DNA of 32,000 nucleotides from Vibrio alginolyticus NBRC 15630 = ATCC 17749 (GCF_000354175.2 NC_022349.1:990001-1022000); one strand, 5' to 3'. Shown: positions 1-6,998, counted from the stretch's first letter. Numbers and translations: made by a program. The notes: generated from the letters alone by a model not told the origin.

Positions 1-190
1 TAGGACCACTTTTAGTCATACGTTCTTGTATTGAACGCCAGTCACCAAGCAACTCTTCGGGAAAGTGAATATCTAAAAGACTTGAAGTCGCCTCATTGGC
101 ACTAAGCAAGCGACTTCTCGCATCTCCAGCTCCAATACACAACTCTTCTACTGCATCATCAATACGACATTTAACATATTGGTATTTCAT
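1..190 (-). CDS. Hypothetical cassette protein, C-terminally cut by window edge; identical paralog of 18588..18908
   Basis: 1..228 is identical to 18719..18946. ATG (cat) at 188..190 corresponds to the MKYQYVKCRIDD start of the full copy. Confidence 0.7.
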   Translation of the reverse strand, partial: MKYQYVKCRIDDAVEELCIGAGDARSRLLSANEATSSLLDIHFPEELLGDWRSIQERMTKSGP

Positions 191-221
191 GTATAAATTT
201 CCTCGGAACTTGGATGAGTTA

Positions 222-341
222 TAACGCCCTGTTAAGGGGTGAGCAACGCAATACCAATGCCGCCGCATACCACCTTAATCACTTAAACCAACGCATAGTG
301 AAGATGCCACGCGTTGCGAATCCCTCTTGAACAGTTTGTTA
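222..341 (-). repeat. attC site (VCR-like), 120 bp
   Basis: Plus strand starts TAACGCC and ends TTGTTA. Arms are imperfect inverted repeats (CTTAACAGGGCGTTA vs CTTGAACAGTTTGTTA, with an extra G). Identical to 14749..14868. Confidence 0.9.
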
Positions 342-688
342 ACTGAGCGCCTTTCAGTTTTCGCCGATTTTTCAGCCACTTTCGCCAAAGCTCGTTTTGC
401 TAATTAATGATTAGCAAAGCTAACTCAAATATGTGTTTAACAAAAAAATTACCGTTGATCTTTAGTTTGAAATGCGTCTCACAACACCATACTTCGGCGA
501 TGTAAGTGCGCCGAACTAATCGCGAACGCCTTATATTATTAGAAGGCTTTATGCCGCCTTTCACATCAGTAAGCTTAAGTACCAAACTGAAATTAGTCGC
601 ATTACCTCAGCTAAGGAAACCGACCGAACACGCTAAACCTCCGAACCTAGAAACCGTATCAATGTGCTTTCGTATTTTCTGTGCCAGT
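342..688 (-). other. ORF-less integron cassette, type X copy 1 (identical to 14869..15215)
   Basis: Bounded by attC sites. The only ORFs are two overlapping 61-aa frames with TTG/GTG starts. Contains the palindrome TTGCTAAT-TAATG-ATTAGCAA. Confidence 0.6.
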
Positions 689-808
689 TAACGCCCTGTT
701 AAGGTGTGAGCAACGCAATACCGATGTTGCAGCAGACCACCTTAAACACTAAACGCAACGCATAGTAAAAATGCCACGCGTTGCGAATCACTCTTAAACA
801 GATTGTTA
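689..808 (-). repeat. attC site, 120 bp
   Basis: TAACGCC...TTGTTA architecture with conserved GCAACGC / GCGTTGCGAATC inner arms. Confidence 0.9.
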
Positions 809-812
809 TAAG

Positions 813-1502
813 TTAATCCGCAATAGCTATAGCAATTGAAATGTCATCGCTACTATAGTCACCAAAATCTACTAGCCATGCATTCTTTGGGTTACCTGGA
901 GTAAGCGGATTTTCGCCAGGATTAAACTCCAAACCTATTGCTGCGTGATTCCACAAAAGGTCTTTTAAATAGCTAATATACGATTCAATTGTATTTTTTG
1001 AGCTTGCGTACTTTTGCTTATACCTTGAAATATGTGAGTCATAATCTTCAGAAAATGGTTTCGGTATATGCATAAAGTCACCACATTTTTTGTAAATCTT
1101 AATCAACTCACCATGGGTAGCTTTAATGTCTTTGCGCTGAATTTGATGTAAGCCATCGCTAAATTGGCTCTGACCTAAAGGAATTGGCATAAAGTGAGGA
1201 CTAATAGAGTTAAGTTTCTGTAGGATAACTCTCGCATTCCAGTCCTTTGTAAAATCACCATTGATGTCACTTTCTTCACCTTCAATTCGTCTAAATTCTT
1301 TATATCTATTTTTGTCGCATAAAACAGAGCTAAAGCAAACTTGTTCGACAATTTTTCTTAATTGAAGAAAGCAGAACTCAGCATCCAGCGGAGGTAAAGA
1401 GCTTTTTTCTGAATGTTTAGAAAGGCATTCATCCACAGCTCTAATCCTCACTTTGACTTCAAGCATCATAGACTGATAAATCTGATATGGTTGAACTTTC
1501 AT
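813..1502 (-). CDS. Hypothetical cassette protein, 229 aa, soluble, no recognisable domain
   Basis: ATG-initiated ORF that fills the cassette between two attC sites. Stop codon lies 5 nt from the attC. Confidence 0.7.
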   Translation of the reverse strand: MKVQPYQIYQSMMLEVKVRIRAVDECLSKHSEKSSLPPLDAEFCFLQLRKIVEQVCFSSVLCDKNRYKEFRRIEGEESDINGDFTKDWNARVILQKLNSISPHFMPIPLGQSQFSDGLHQIQRKDIKATHGELIKIYKKCGDFMHIPKPFSEDYDSHISRYKQKYASSKNTIESYISYLKDLLWNHAAIGLEFNPGENPLTPGNPKNAWLVDFGDYSSDDISIAIAIAD

Positions 1503-1522
1503 GACTATCTCACTTTAACTTA

Positions 1523-1643
1523 TAACGCCTTGCTAAGGTGTGAGTAACGCAATACAAAAGCTACCGCACAGCGCCTTAATCACCATAAGCCACCGCAAAG
1601 TAAAAATGCCACGCGTTACGAATCACTCTTAAGCAATTTGTTA
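1523..1643 (-). repeat. attC site, 121 bp, subtype shared with 2695..2816 and 9124..9244
   Basis: TAACGCCTTGCTAAGGTGTGAGTAACGC...GTTACGAATCACTCTTAAGCAATTTGTTA. Near-identical in three places. Confidence 0.9.
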
Positions 1644-2069
1644 GTACATGCGCTACTTCTATTTATGCGCTCCAAGATATTGAAAAGTGGCATGATATGA
1701 AAGACTTTGAACACTGAAGTGAGACGGGCAGCTACAAAACTTAAACTCGGTTAAGAGACGAGAGTTAGCTAGAAGAAAAACGTAATGAACTGCCCTACTT
1801 TCACTGGTTTCAAATTAGAAAAGGATTTTTTCCTCGTACTTCAACAGCCACACCAAAAATAATCATGGTTCTCTCAAAAGCCACCACAAAAGTGAAGAAG
1901 CACCAAAGAAATAGGCTAAGAGTTAGAAACCGTAAACGGTGAAATCAAAGCGAACACTCCGCATATAGTGCCACCGGAAAGAACGTGAAAGGCACTAACT
2001 GAAAGGTGTAAAGACGAGCGCCAAAACAGATAAATACTAAAACTTAGACTTTTAATGCTAAAACCGTAC
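1644..2069 (-). other. ORF-less integron cassette, family N copy A (426 bp)
   Basis: No ORF of 61 aa or more on any frame. Homologous to 2817..3243, 9245..9671 and, more distantly, 14319..14748. Plus strand is A-rich and T-poor. Confidence 0.75.
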
Positions 2070-2188
2070 TAACGCCCAGTTAAGGGGTGAAGCACGCAAT
2101 ACCGATGTTGCCGCATAGCACTTCAACACCGAAACCAACGCATACCCAAAATGCCACGCGTGCTGAATCCCTCTTGAACTGTTTGTTA
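2070..2188 (-). repeat. attC site, 119 bp
   Basis: TAACGCCCAGTTAAGG...CTCTTGAACTGTTTGTTA. Confidence 0.88.
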
Positions 2189-2695
2189 TGTTCGTAGCTT
2201 TTGTAACCCTTGTATTGCTCGGTTGGTCGAATCTATTAAGTCTGTACGCTTCAGTTTCGTTCGAATAGCCAAAGCTTCAATAAACTGCTTTTCAGCGAGT
2301 TCATAGTTACCAAGCTCCACGTTTAATTTACCCAAGTGTTGTAAACTGAAACTCAAAGAAAGCACACAACCGTAATCTTGGCTTTGTAAGTATGCTCTTT
2401 CAGCACCACCCATATCACCTGCGTATTGCAACGCAATACCCGAAATATGAGTAGACCAAAACTTGTGCTTATCGCTAGATGTAGACATTTGGACTTTGGA
2501 AGCTAGCCAATAAGCCAAACTACAAAACCCTATAACACGCAAACAATCGGCTACTAAAATTTGCTGCCACTCTAGCTTTTCTGTTTCGCCTAACACCTTA
2601 AATTTTAAGCATTTGTAAATAGTTAAAGCAAGTTTATGGAAAACGCTGAAAGTTACCCTATCCCTTTGATAGCCCACCATTTCCTCCAAGAACAT
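2186..2695 (-). CDS. Hypothetical cassette protein, 169 aa, C-terminal TPR-like helical repeat
   Basis: ORF fills the cassette. The C-terminal segment LGKLNVELGNYELAEKQFIEALAIR resembles a TPR unit. The start abuts the attC (cat 2693..2695); alternative ATG at 2680. Stop TAA lies inside the attC. Confidence 0.6.
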   Translation of the reverse strand: MFLEEMVGYQRDRVTFSVFHKLALTIYKCLKFKVLGETEKLEWQQILVADCLRVIGFCSLAYWLASKVQMSTSSDKHKFWSTHISGIALQYAGDMGGAERAYLQSQDYGCVLSLSFSLQHLGKLNVELGNYELAEKQFIEALAIRTKLKRTDLIDSTNRAIQGLQKLRT

Positions 2696-2816
2696 AACGC
2701 CTTGCTAAGGTGTGAGTAACGCAATACAAAAGCTACCGCACAGCGCCTTAATCACCATAAGCCACCGCATAGTAAAAAATGCCACGCGTTACGAATCACT
2801 CTTAAGCAATTTGTTA
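2695..2816 (-). repeat. attC site, 122 bp (same subtype as 1523..1643)
   Basis: Near-identical to 1523..1643. Confidence 0.9.
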
Positions 2817-3243
2817 GTACATGCGCTACTTCTATTTATGCGCTCCAAGATATTGAAAACTGGCATGATATGAAAGGCTTTGAACACTGAAGTGAGACGG
2901 GCAGCTACAAAACTTAATTCCAATTGAAAGACGAAAGTTGGCTAGAAGAAAAACGCACTGAACTCCCCTACTTTTACTAACTTCAAATTAGAAAAGGATT
3001 CGTTCCTCGCACTTCGACGGCAACACCAAAGAAAGACAATTCTGACTTAGTAAAAACCACGAAAGAGAAGAAGCGCCACAGAAATAGGCTAAGAGTTAGA
3101 AACCGTAAATGGTGAAACCAAAGCAAACACTCCGCATATAGTGCCACCGGAAAGAACGTGAAAGGTACAAACTGAAAGGTGTAAAGACGAGCGCAAAAAC
3201 AGATAAACACCAAAACTTATGACCTTTGATTTCAAACCCGTAC
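2817..3243 (-). other. ORF-less integron cassette, family N copy B (427 bp)
   Basis: Homolog of 1644..2069. Its only long ORF (2983..3213) is in a different frame from the ORF seen in copy C. Confidence 0.75.
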
Positions 3244-3363
3244 TAACGCCCTGTTAAGGGGTGAGCAACGCAATACAAAAGCCGCCGCATACCACCTTAA
3301 CCACTAAACGCAACGCATATTGAAAATGCCACGCGTTGCGAATCCCTCTTGAACAGTTTGTTA
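3244..3363 (-). repeat. attC site, 120 bp
   Basis: TAACGCCCTGTTAAGGGGTGAGCAACGC...GCGTTGCGAATCCCTCTTGAACAGTTTGTTA. Confidence 0.9.
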
Positions 3364-3374
3364 TGTGCGAACTT

Positions 3375-3647
3375 CTAGCTTGTAGATGACTGCTCAGCAA
3401 CACTAACTTTAGGCTCTTTCTCTGGCGTCGACCATTTGATGATTGCTCTAAGGTTCATTGAGAAAAAGATGATATTTGCAATTATCATTGCCACACTGCC
3501 AGTAAGATAACCAACTGCTACCCAACTAGTGTTACCGCACATCATTAAGATGAAACCGATTTTGTTCTTATTTCCAATTTGCCAAATTGCAAGAAACGTA
3601 AGTACCATTGCAACCCAGTCGATTCCATAGTACTGAAAATATTCCAT
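3375..3647 (-). CDS. Small integral membrane protein, 90 aa, about 3 TM helices
   Basis: ATG at 3645..3647 is preceded by GGAGGAAAA. Three hydrophobic segments. The 5-codon extension in the ORF track runs into the attC. Confidence 0.65.
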   Translation of the reverse strand: MEYFQYYGIDWVAMVLTFLAIWQIGNKNKIGFILMMCGNTSWVAVGYLTGSVAMIIANIIFFSMNLRAIIKWSTPEKEPKVSVAEQSSTS

Positions 3648-3663
3648 TTTTCCTCCAAGCACA

Positions 3664-3783
3664 TAACGCTCTGTTAAGGGGTGAGCAACGCATTACCGAA
3701 GCAGAAGCAAACCACCTTAATCACTAAAACCAACGCATAGTGAAAATGCCACGCGTTGCGAATCCCTCTTAAACAGTTTGTTA
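3664..3783 (-). repeat. attC site, 120 bp
   Basis: TAACGCTCTGTTAAGG...CTCTTAAACAGTTTGTTA. Confidence 0.9.
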
Positions 3784-3791
3784 GCTGTGTT

Positions 3792-4199
3792 TTACAACAC
3801 GAGCTTTGCCCCCAGCATACCGAGTACTGCGATAGCTACCATCGTAAACCAAAGGTAAATCAGAAAAGATAGGCATAACGAAAATAAACCTCTCACAGCT
3901 TTATCTAAGTTTGCATCTTCATCGTGCTGTAAAAAATACGCTAGTTCTGCTGTAGGTATTGATCCAGCAGAACTCTTAAATTTGAGCTTTAACATCATCA
4001 GGCCCATTGAGATTGGAAGACTAGATGCTAGTAAAATAATTCCCACCGAAATCCAGACACTCTCGGGGAATTCATTACCTAAAACTACTGCTGCCCCGAA
4101 CAACACTAAAAGCATTCCCAGAAAGCCCTTGAAAGATGACAACAACGAGTCTCTTGTTTTTATATACAGCCAGAATAGCGGCTTATCGTATTTTCTCAT
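3792..4199 (-). CDS. Integral membrane protein, 135 aa, hypothetical
   Basis: ATG preceded by AAGGAAAAAA. About four hydrophobic helices. Fills the cassette. Confidence 0.65.
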   Translation of the reverse strand: MRKYDKPLFWLYIKTRDSLLSSFKGFLGMLLVLFGAAVVLGNEFPESVWISVGIILLASSLPISMGLMMLKLKFKSSAGSIPTAELAYFLQHDEDANLDKAVRGLFSLCLSFLIYLWFTMVAIAVLGMLGAKLVL

Positions 4200-4215
4200 T
4201 TTTTCCTTAAACAGC

Positions 4216-4338
4216 TAACGCCGCGTTAAGGGGCAGCAACGCGCTACCACCAAACTTCAACTTACCACCATAAACACAAATACCAAGATTTGAGCCAAAC
4301 TCGCTACGCGTTGACTGTCCCTCTTGAACGCCTTGTTA
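4216..4338 (-). repeat. attC site, 123 bp, divergent subtype
   Basis: TAACGCCGCGTTAAGGGGCAGCAACGCG...CGCGTTGACTGTCCCTCTTGAACGCCTTGTTA. The arms (GACAGTCAACGCG on the minus strand) and the centre differ from the majority type. Confidence 0.85.
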
Positions 4339-4863
4339 TATGCGTGCTTGAGTAGATAACGTAACCAGTTCATCACTGTCGTAAAGTTGATCACTGGACT
4401 CAATCATACCCAATTTTTTAAGCAGACTTATTGATGCCCGGTTTTCAATTACAGCGACACCATGAACTTCAGAAACTATGCTAGTTTCTAGTGTGAAGTT
4501 TAAAACAGCCTTTGACGCTTCAAAAGCATAGCCTTTGCCTTGAAATTCAGGAAGTAAGCCGTACCTAATATCAGAAAATTTTGTATTAGGAATTTGCTCT
4601 ACACCCGCATAACCTATTTTTACGGTCGGCTCGTCTTTTAAGGAAATAATGAATGTCCCGAAACCTTTCTCCCAGTGACCAACTTTCTCAGGCACGTAGT
4701 TCTCAATGTACTCTAAACTAAATGGCTTACCACCAGGTAAGTAACGAGTTGTTACTTCACACGTTAAAAGCTTTGTATATATTTCAATATCTTCCAAAGC
4801 TACAGGTGTAAGTTCTAACCTTTCTGTTTCGATCATTGAACCATCCATTTTCACCGAAAGCAT
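4336..4863 (-). CDS. GNAT family N-acetyltransferase (RimJ/RimL-like)
   Basis: IETERLELTPV...QGKGYAFEA...ENRASISLLKKLGM is a typical RimJ/L-type GNAT pattern. Start is uncertain (ATG at 4863, 4848 or 4836). The ORF-track N-terminus runs through the attC. Confidence 0.75.
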   Translation of the reverse strand: MLSVKMDGSMIETERLELTPVALEDIEIYTKLLTCEVTTRYLPGGKPFSLEYIENYVPEKVGHWEKGFGTFIISLKDEPTVKIGYAGVEQIPNTKFSDIRYGLLPEFQGKGYAFEASKAVLNFTLETSIVSEVHGVAVIENRASISLLKKLGMIESSDQLYDSDELVTLSTQARI

Positions 4864-4864
4864 A

Positions 4865-4984
4865 TAACGCCTTGTTAAGGTGTGAGGCACGCAATACCGA
4901 AGCTGACGCATAACACCTTAACCGCTAAAACCAACGCATAGCAAAAATGCCACGCGTGCCGAATCACTCTTAAACAATTTGTTA
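4865..4984 (-). repeat. attC site, 120 bp
   Basis: TAACGCCTTGTTAAGGTGTGAGGCACGC...GCGTGCCGAATCACTCTTAAACAATTTGTTA. Confidence 0.9.
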
Positions 4985-5662
4985 TGAGTATGACTCAAAG
5001 TGTGTGAGATCAACCTCCTCAAAATCACATACAGCTCTTATTACTGAATTGCGACAGAGGCGTTTCAGATAATCCGATAAGTGCTGATAACTCTCCACAT
5101 GCGCCTCTTCTGGTAGCCACCCTGCTAACATGAACAGAAAGTAGTCGCATGCAGTTAACTCATTTCCGATTAAGTATTCATGTTGCTTAAGTTGCTCATC
5201 AAGAATGGATAACACTTCCATAATGCGATAGTTTTGAGCCGAGACTATATCTGAAGCACCTAATTCACTAGTTGTGTGACGCTTTGGGTAATAGCGAATC
5301 ATTAATTCTGACTGTAGCGTATTGTTAAGAAATGCTAACCATTGAAAGAATAAAGGACGCTTGGCATCACCCAATGCTGGCATTAACCCTGAGTCAGGGT
5401 GTAATTCACAAATATGAATACAGATCGCAACACTTTCAAAAACCGCCTGCCCATCGATAATCAGAGTTGGAATACGACCCGCAGGGTTCAATCTGAGATA
5501 GTCTTTCTTTTTGTGGGATTGAGCCTTCTTGTCTACCAACAACAATTCAAAGTCAGCTTTCACATGCTGCAATAGAAAGTGTGGTGCCAAACTCGCGTTG
5601 TTTGGATAGTAGTAAAGCTTGAACAAGTTAGGCTCCTTGCCTGTAATTCTGGGGGTACTCAT
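4982..5662 (-). CDS. Glutathione S-transferase family protein, 226 aa
   Basis: N-terminal thioredoxin-like GST pattern (LNPAGRIPTLIIDGQAVFESVAI) plus a helical C-terminal domain. ATG directly abuts the attC. Stop lies in the next attC. Confidence 0.8.
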   Translation of the reverse strand: MSTPRITGKEPNLFKLYYYPNNASLAPHFLLQHVKADFELLLVDKKAQSHKKKDYLRLNPAGRIPTLIIDGQAVFESVAICIHICELHPDSGLMPALGDAKRPLFFQWLAFLNNTLQSELMIRYYPKRHTTSELGASDIVSAQNYRIMEVLSILDEQLKQHEYLIGNELTACDYFLFMLAGWLPEEAHVESYQHLSDYLKRLCRNSVIRAVCDFEEVDLTHFESYS

Positions 5663-5781
5663 AACGCCTTGTTAAGGGGTGAGCAACGCAATACTGATGC
5701 CGCCGCATAACGCCTTAATCACTAAAATCAACGCATAGTGAAAATGCCACGCGTTGCGAATCCCTCTTGAACAATTTGTTA
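5662..5781 (-). repeat. attC site, 120 bp
   Basis: TAACGCCTTGTTAAGGGGTGAGCAACGC...TCCCTCTTGAACAATTTGTTA. Confidence 0.9.
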
Positions 5782-5790
5782 TACGATTTC

Positions 5791-6267
5791 TCACAACGAG
5801 CGCTGAAACTGACCATTTTGGGCTTTGAAACCTAATTTTTCAAACAGAGCTTTAGACCGAAAGTTACCTTTATCAATGTCTGCATACAATATTTCAATAC
5901 CCAAAGATTTTGCGTGAGAAAATAACAAACTGAGGGCTTCCGACATATAGCCTTGTCGCCAATATGATGAATTAAGTAAGCATCCAACCTCACATGAATG
6001 ACCACAATCACTAAAACTATGTAAACCACAAGTTCCGATAACTTTGTTGGTCGATTGCTCTAAAACTGCCCATTCCAACGATTCACCCAACTTTTCTAAT
6101 TGGACGACGCTTTCCAACATCTGAAATATCGTATCTTTCGATGGAAAAACCGGATCTGAGGCAAATTCCATTGTTTGAATATCACCATAAATTTCAAACA
6201 AGTCATCAGAATCATCCATTTGAATTGACCTCAAAACAACCCTACTTCCGTGTAAATCAGGCTTCAT
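5791..6267 (-). CDS. GNAT family N-acetyltransferase, 158 aa
   Basis: RQGYMSEALSLLFSHAK...NFRSKALFEKLGF acetyl-CoA binding pattern. AAGGAG lies 5 nt upstream of the ATG. Confidence 0.8.
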   Translation of the reverse strand: MKPDLHGSRVVLRSIQMDDSDDLFEIYGDIQTMEFASDPVFPSKDTIFQMLESVVQLEKLGESLEWAVLEQSTNKVIGTCGLHSFSDCGHSCEVGCLLNSSYWRQGYMSEALSLLFSHAKSLGIEILYADIDKGNFRSKALFEKLGFKAQNGQFQRSL

Positions 6268-6284
6268 TTTTCTCCTTAATCGTA

Positions 6285-6404
6285 TAACGCCTTGCTAAGG
6301 TGTGAGCAACGCAATACCTTAGCCTCCGCATAATACCTTAAACACATAAACCGACACATAGTAAAAATGCCACGAGTTGCGAATCACTCTTAAGCAACTT
6401 GTTA
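6285..6404 (-). repeat. attC site, 120 bp (differs from 15965..16084 by one base, 6375 A vs 16055 G)
   Basis: TAACGCCTTGCTAAGGTGTGAGCAACGC...GAATCACTCTTAAGCAACTTGTTA. Confidence 0.9.
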
Positions 6405-6427
6405 TACCGCTTGGTTGAGGCTAAAAT
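6399..6427 (+). promoter_or_regulatory. Predicted sigma70 promoter of the TA operon: -35 TTGTTA (attC end) and -10 TAAAAT
   Basis: TTGTTA at 6399..6404, a 17-nt spacer, then TAAAAT at 6422..6427. This lies 35 nt upstream of the antitoxin ATG. Confidence 0.4.
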
Positions 6428-6461
6428 GACCAACATAAAAACCACTTAAGAGACCGATTAT

Positions 6462-6710
6462 ATGACCACTAGAATTTTAGCCGATGTTGCTGCAAGCATT
6501 ACTGAGTTGAAAGCTAACCCTATGAAAGTTGCAACTAGTGCTTACGGCGAACCTGTTGCTGTATTAAACCGAAATGAACCAGCATTTTATTGCGTGCCTG
6601 CCGAAGCGTACGAAATGATGATGGACAGACTCGAAGATCTGGAACTACTAGCTATCGCTAAAGAGCGTGAATCTGAAGAGAGCATTTCGGTAAATATTGA
6701 TGACCTATAA
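6462..6710 (+). CDS. Type II antitoxin, Phd/YefM (StbD/RelB-like) family, 82 aa
   Basis: N-terminus ITELKANPMKV...PVAVLNRNEPAFYCV is the Phd/YefM signature. It overlaps the downstream RelE-type toxin gene by 11 nt. Confidence 0.85.
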   Translation: MTTRILADVAASITELKANPMKVATSAYGEPVAVLNRNEPAFYCVPAEAYEMMMDRLEDLELLAIAKERESEESISVNIDDL

Positions 6711-6990
6711 ACTCGACTTTAAAAAGAGTGCACTCAAAGAGTGGAAAAAGCTTGGCTCTACTCTGCAACAACAATTTAAGAAAAAGCTAATCGAGCGCTT
6801 AGATAACCCACATGTTCCGGCTTCAAAGCTTTCTGGAGCTGACAACATGTATAAAATTAAGTTGCGTCAATCGGGCTACCGTCTCGTCTACAAAGTTGAA
6901 GACGATGTCATCATTGTAACCGTCTTAGCAGTTGGAAAACGCGAACGTAGCGATGTTTACCGTAAAGCCATGAAAAGGTTAGATGATTGA
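6700..6990 (+). CDS. Type II toxin, RelE/StbE family mRNA interferase, 96 aa
   Basis: KLDFKKSALKEWKKL...YRLVYKVEDDVIIVTVLAVGKRERSDVY is a classical RelE/ParE-fold pattern. True ATG is at 6700; the ORF track used TTG at 6697. Confidence 0.85.
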   Translation: MTYKLDFKKSALKEWKKLGSTLQQQFKKKLIERLDNPHVPASKLSGADNMYKIKLRQSGYRLVYKVEDDVIIVTVLAVGKRERSDVYRKAMKRLDD

Positions 6991-6998
6991 TTGCGGTA

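Noticed and set aside
400-691. Two overlapping 61-aa ORFs (400..585 minus, 506..691 plus), duplicated at 14927..15218.
   Set aside because: Both start at TTG/GTG without an SD, overlap each other on opposite strands and have low-complexity, unprotein-like sequence. The cassette was treated as ORF-less. A 46-aa sub-frame from ATG 551 is noted but unsupported.
2983-3213. 76-aa minus-strand ORF in family N copy B, and 68-aa ORF 9475..9681 in copy C.
   Set aside because: The two ORFs read the shared conserved core in different frames. Copy A and copy D have no equivalent ORF, and the products are Phe/Leu-rich translations of a T-rich strand.
3375-3647. Possible PnuC/SWEET-like half-transporter assignment for the 90-aa 3-TM protein.
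   Set aside because: The resemblance is only impressionistic (size and Trp-containing helices). No diagnostic motif can be verified without a profile search, so it was left as a generic small membrane protein.
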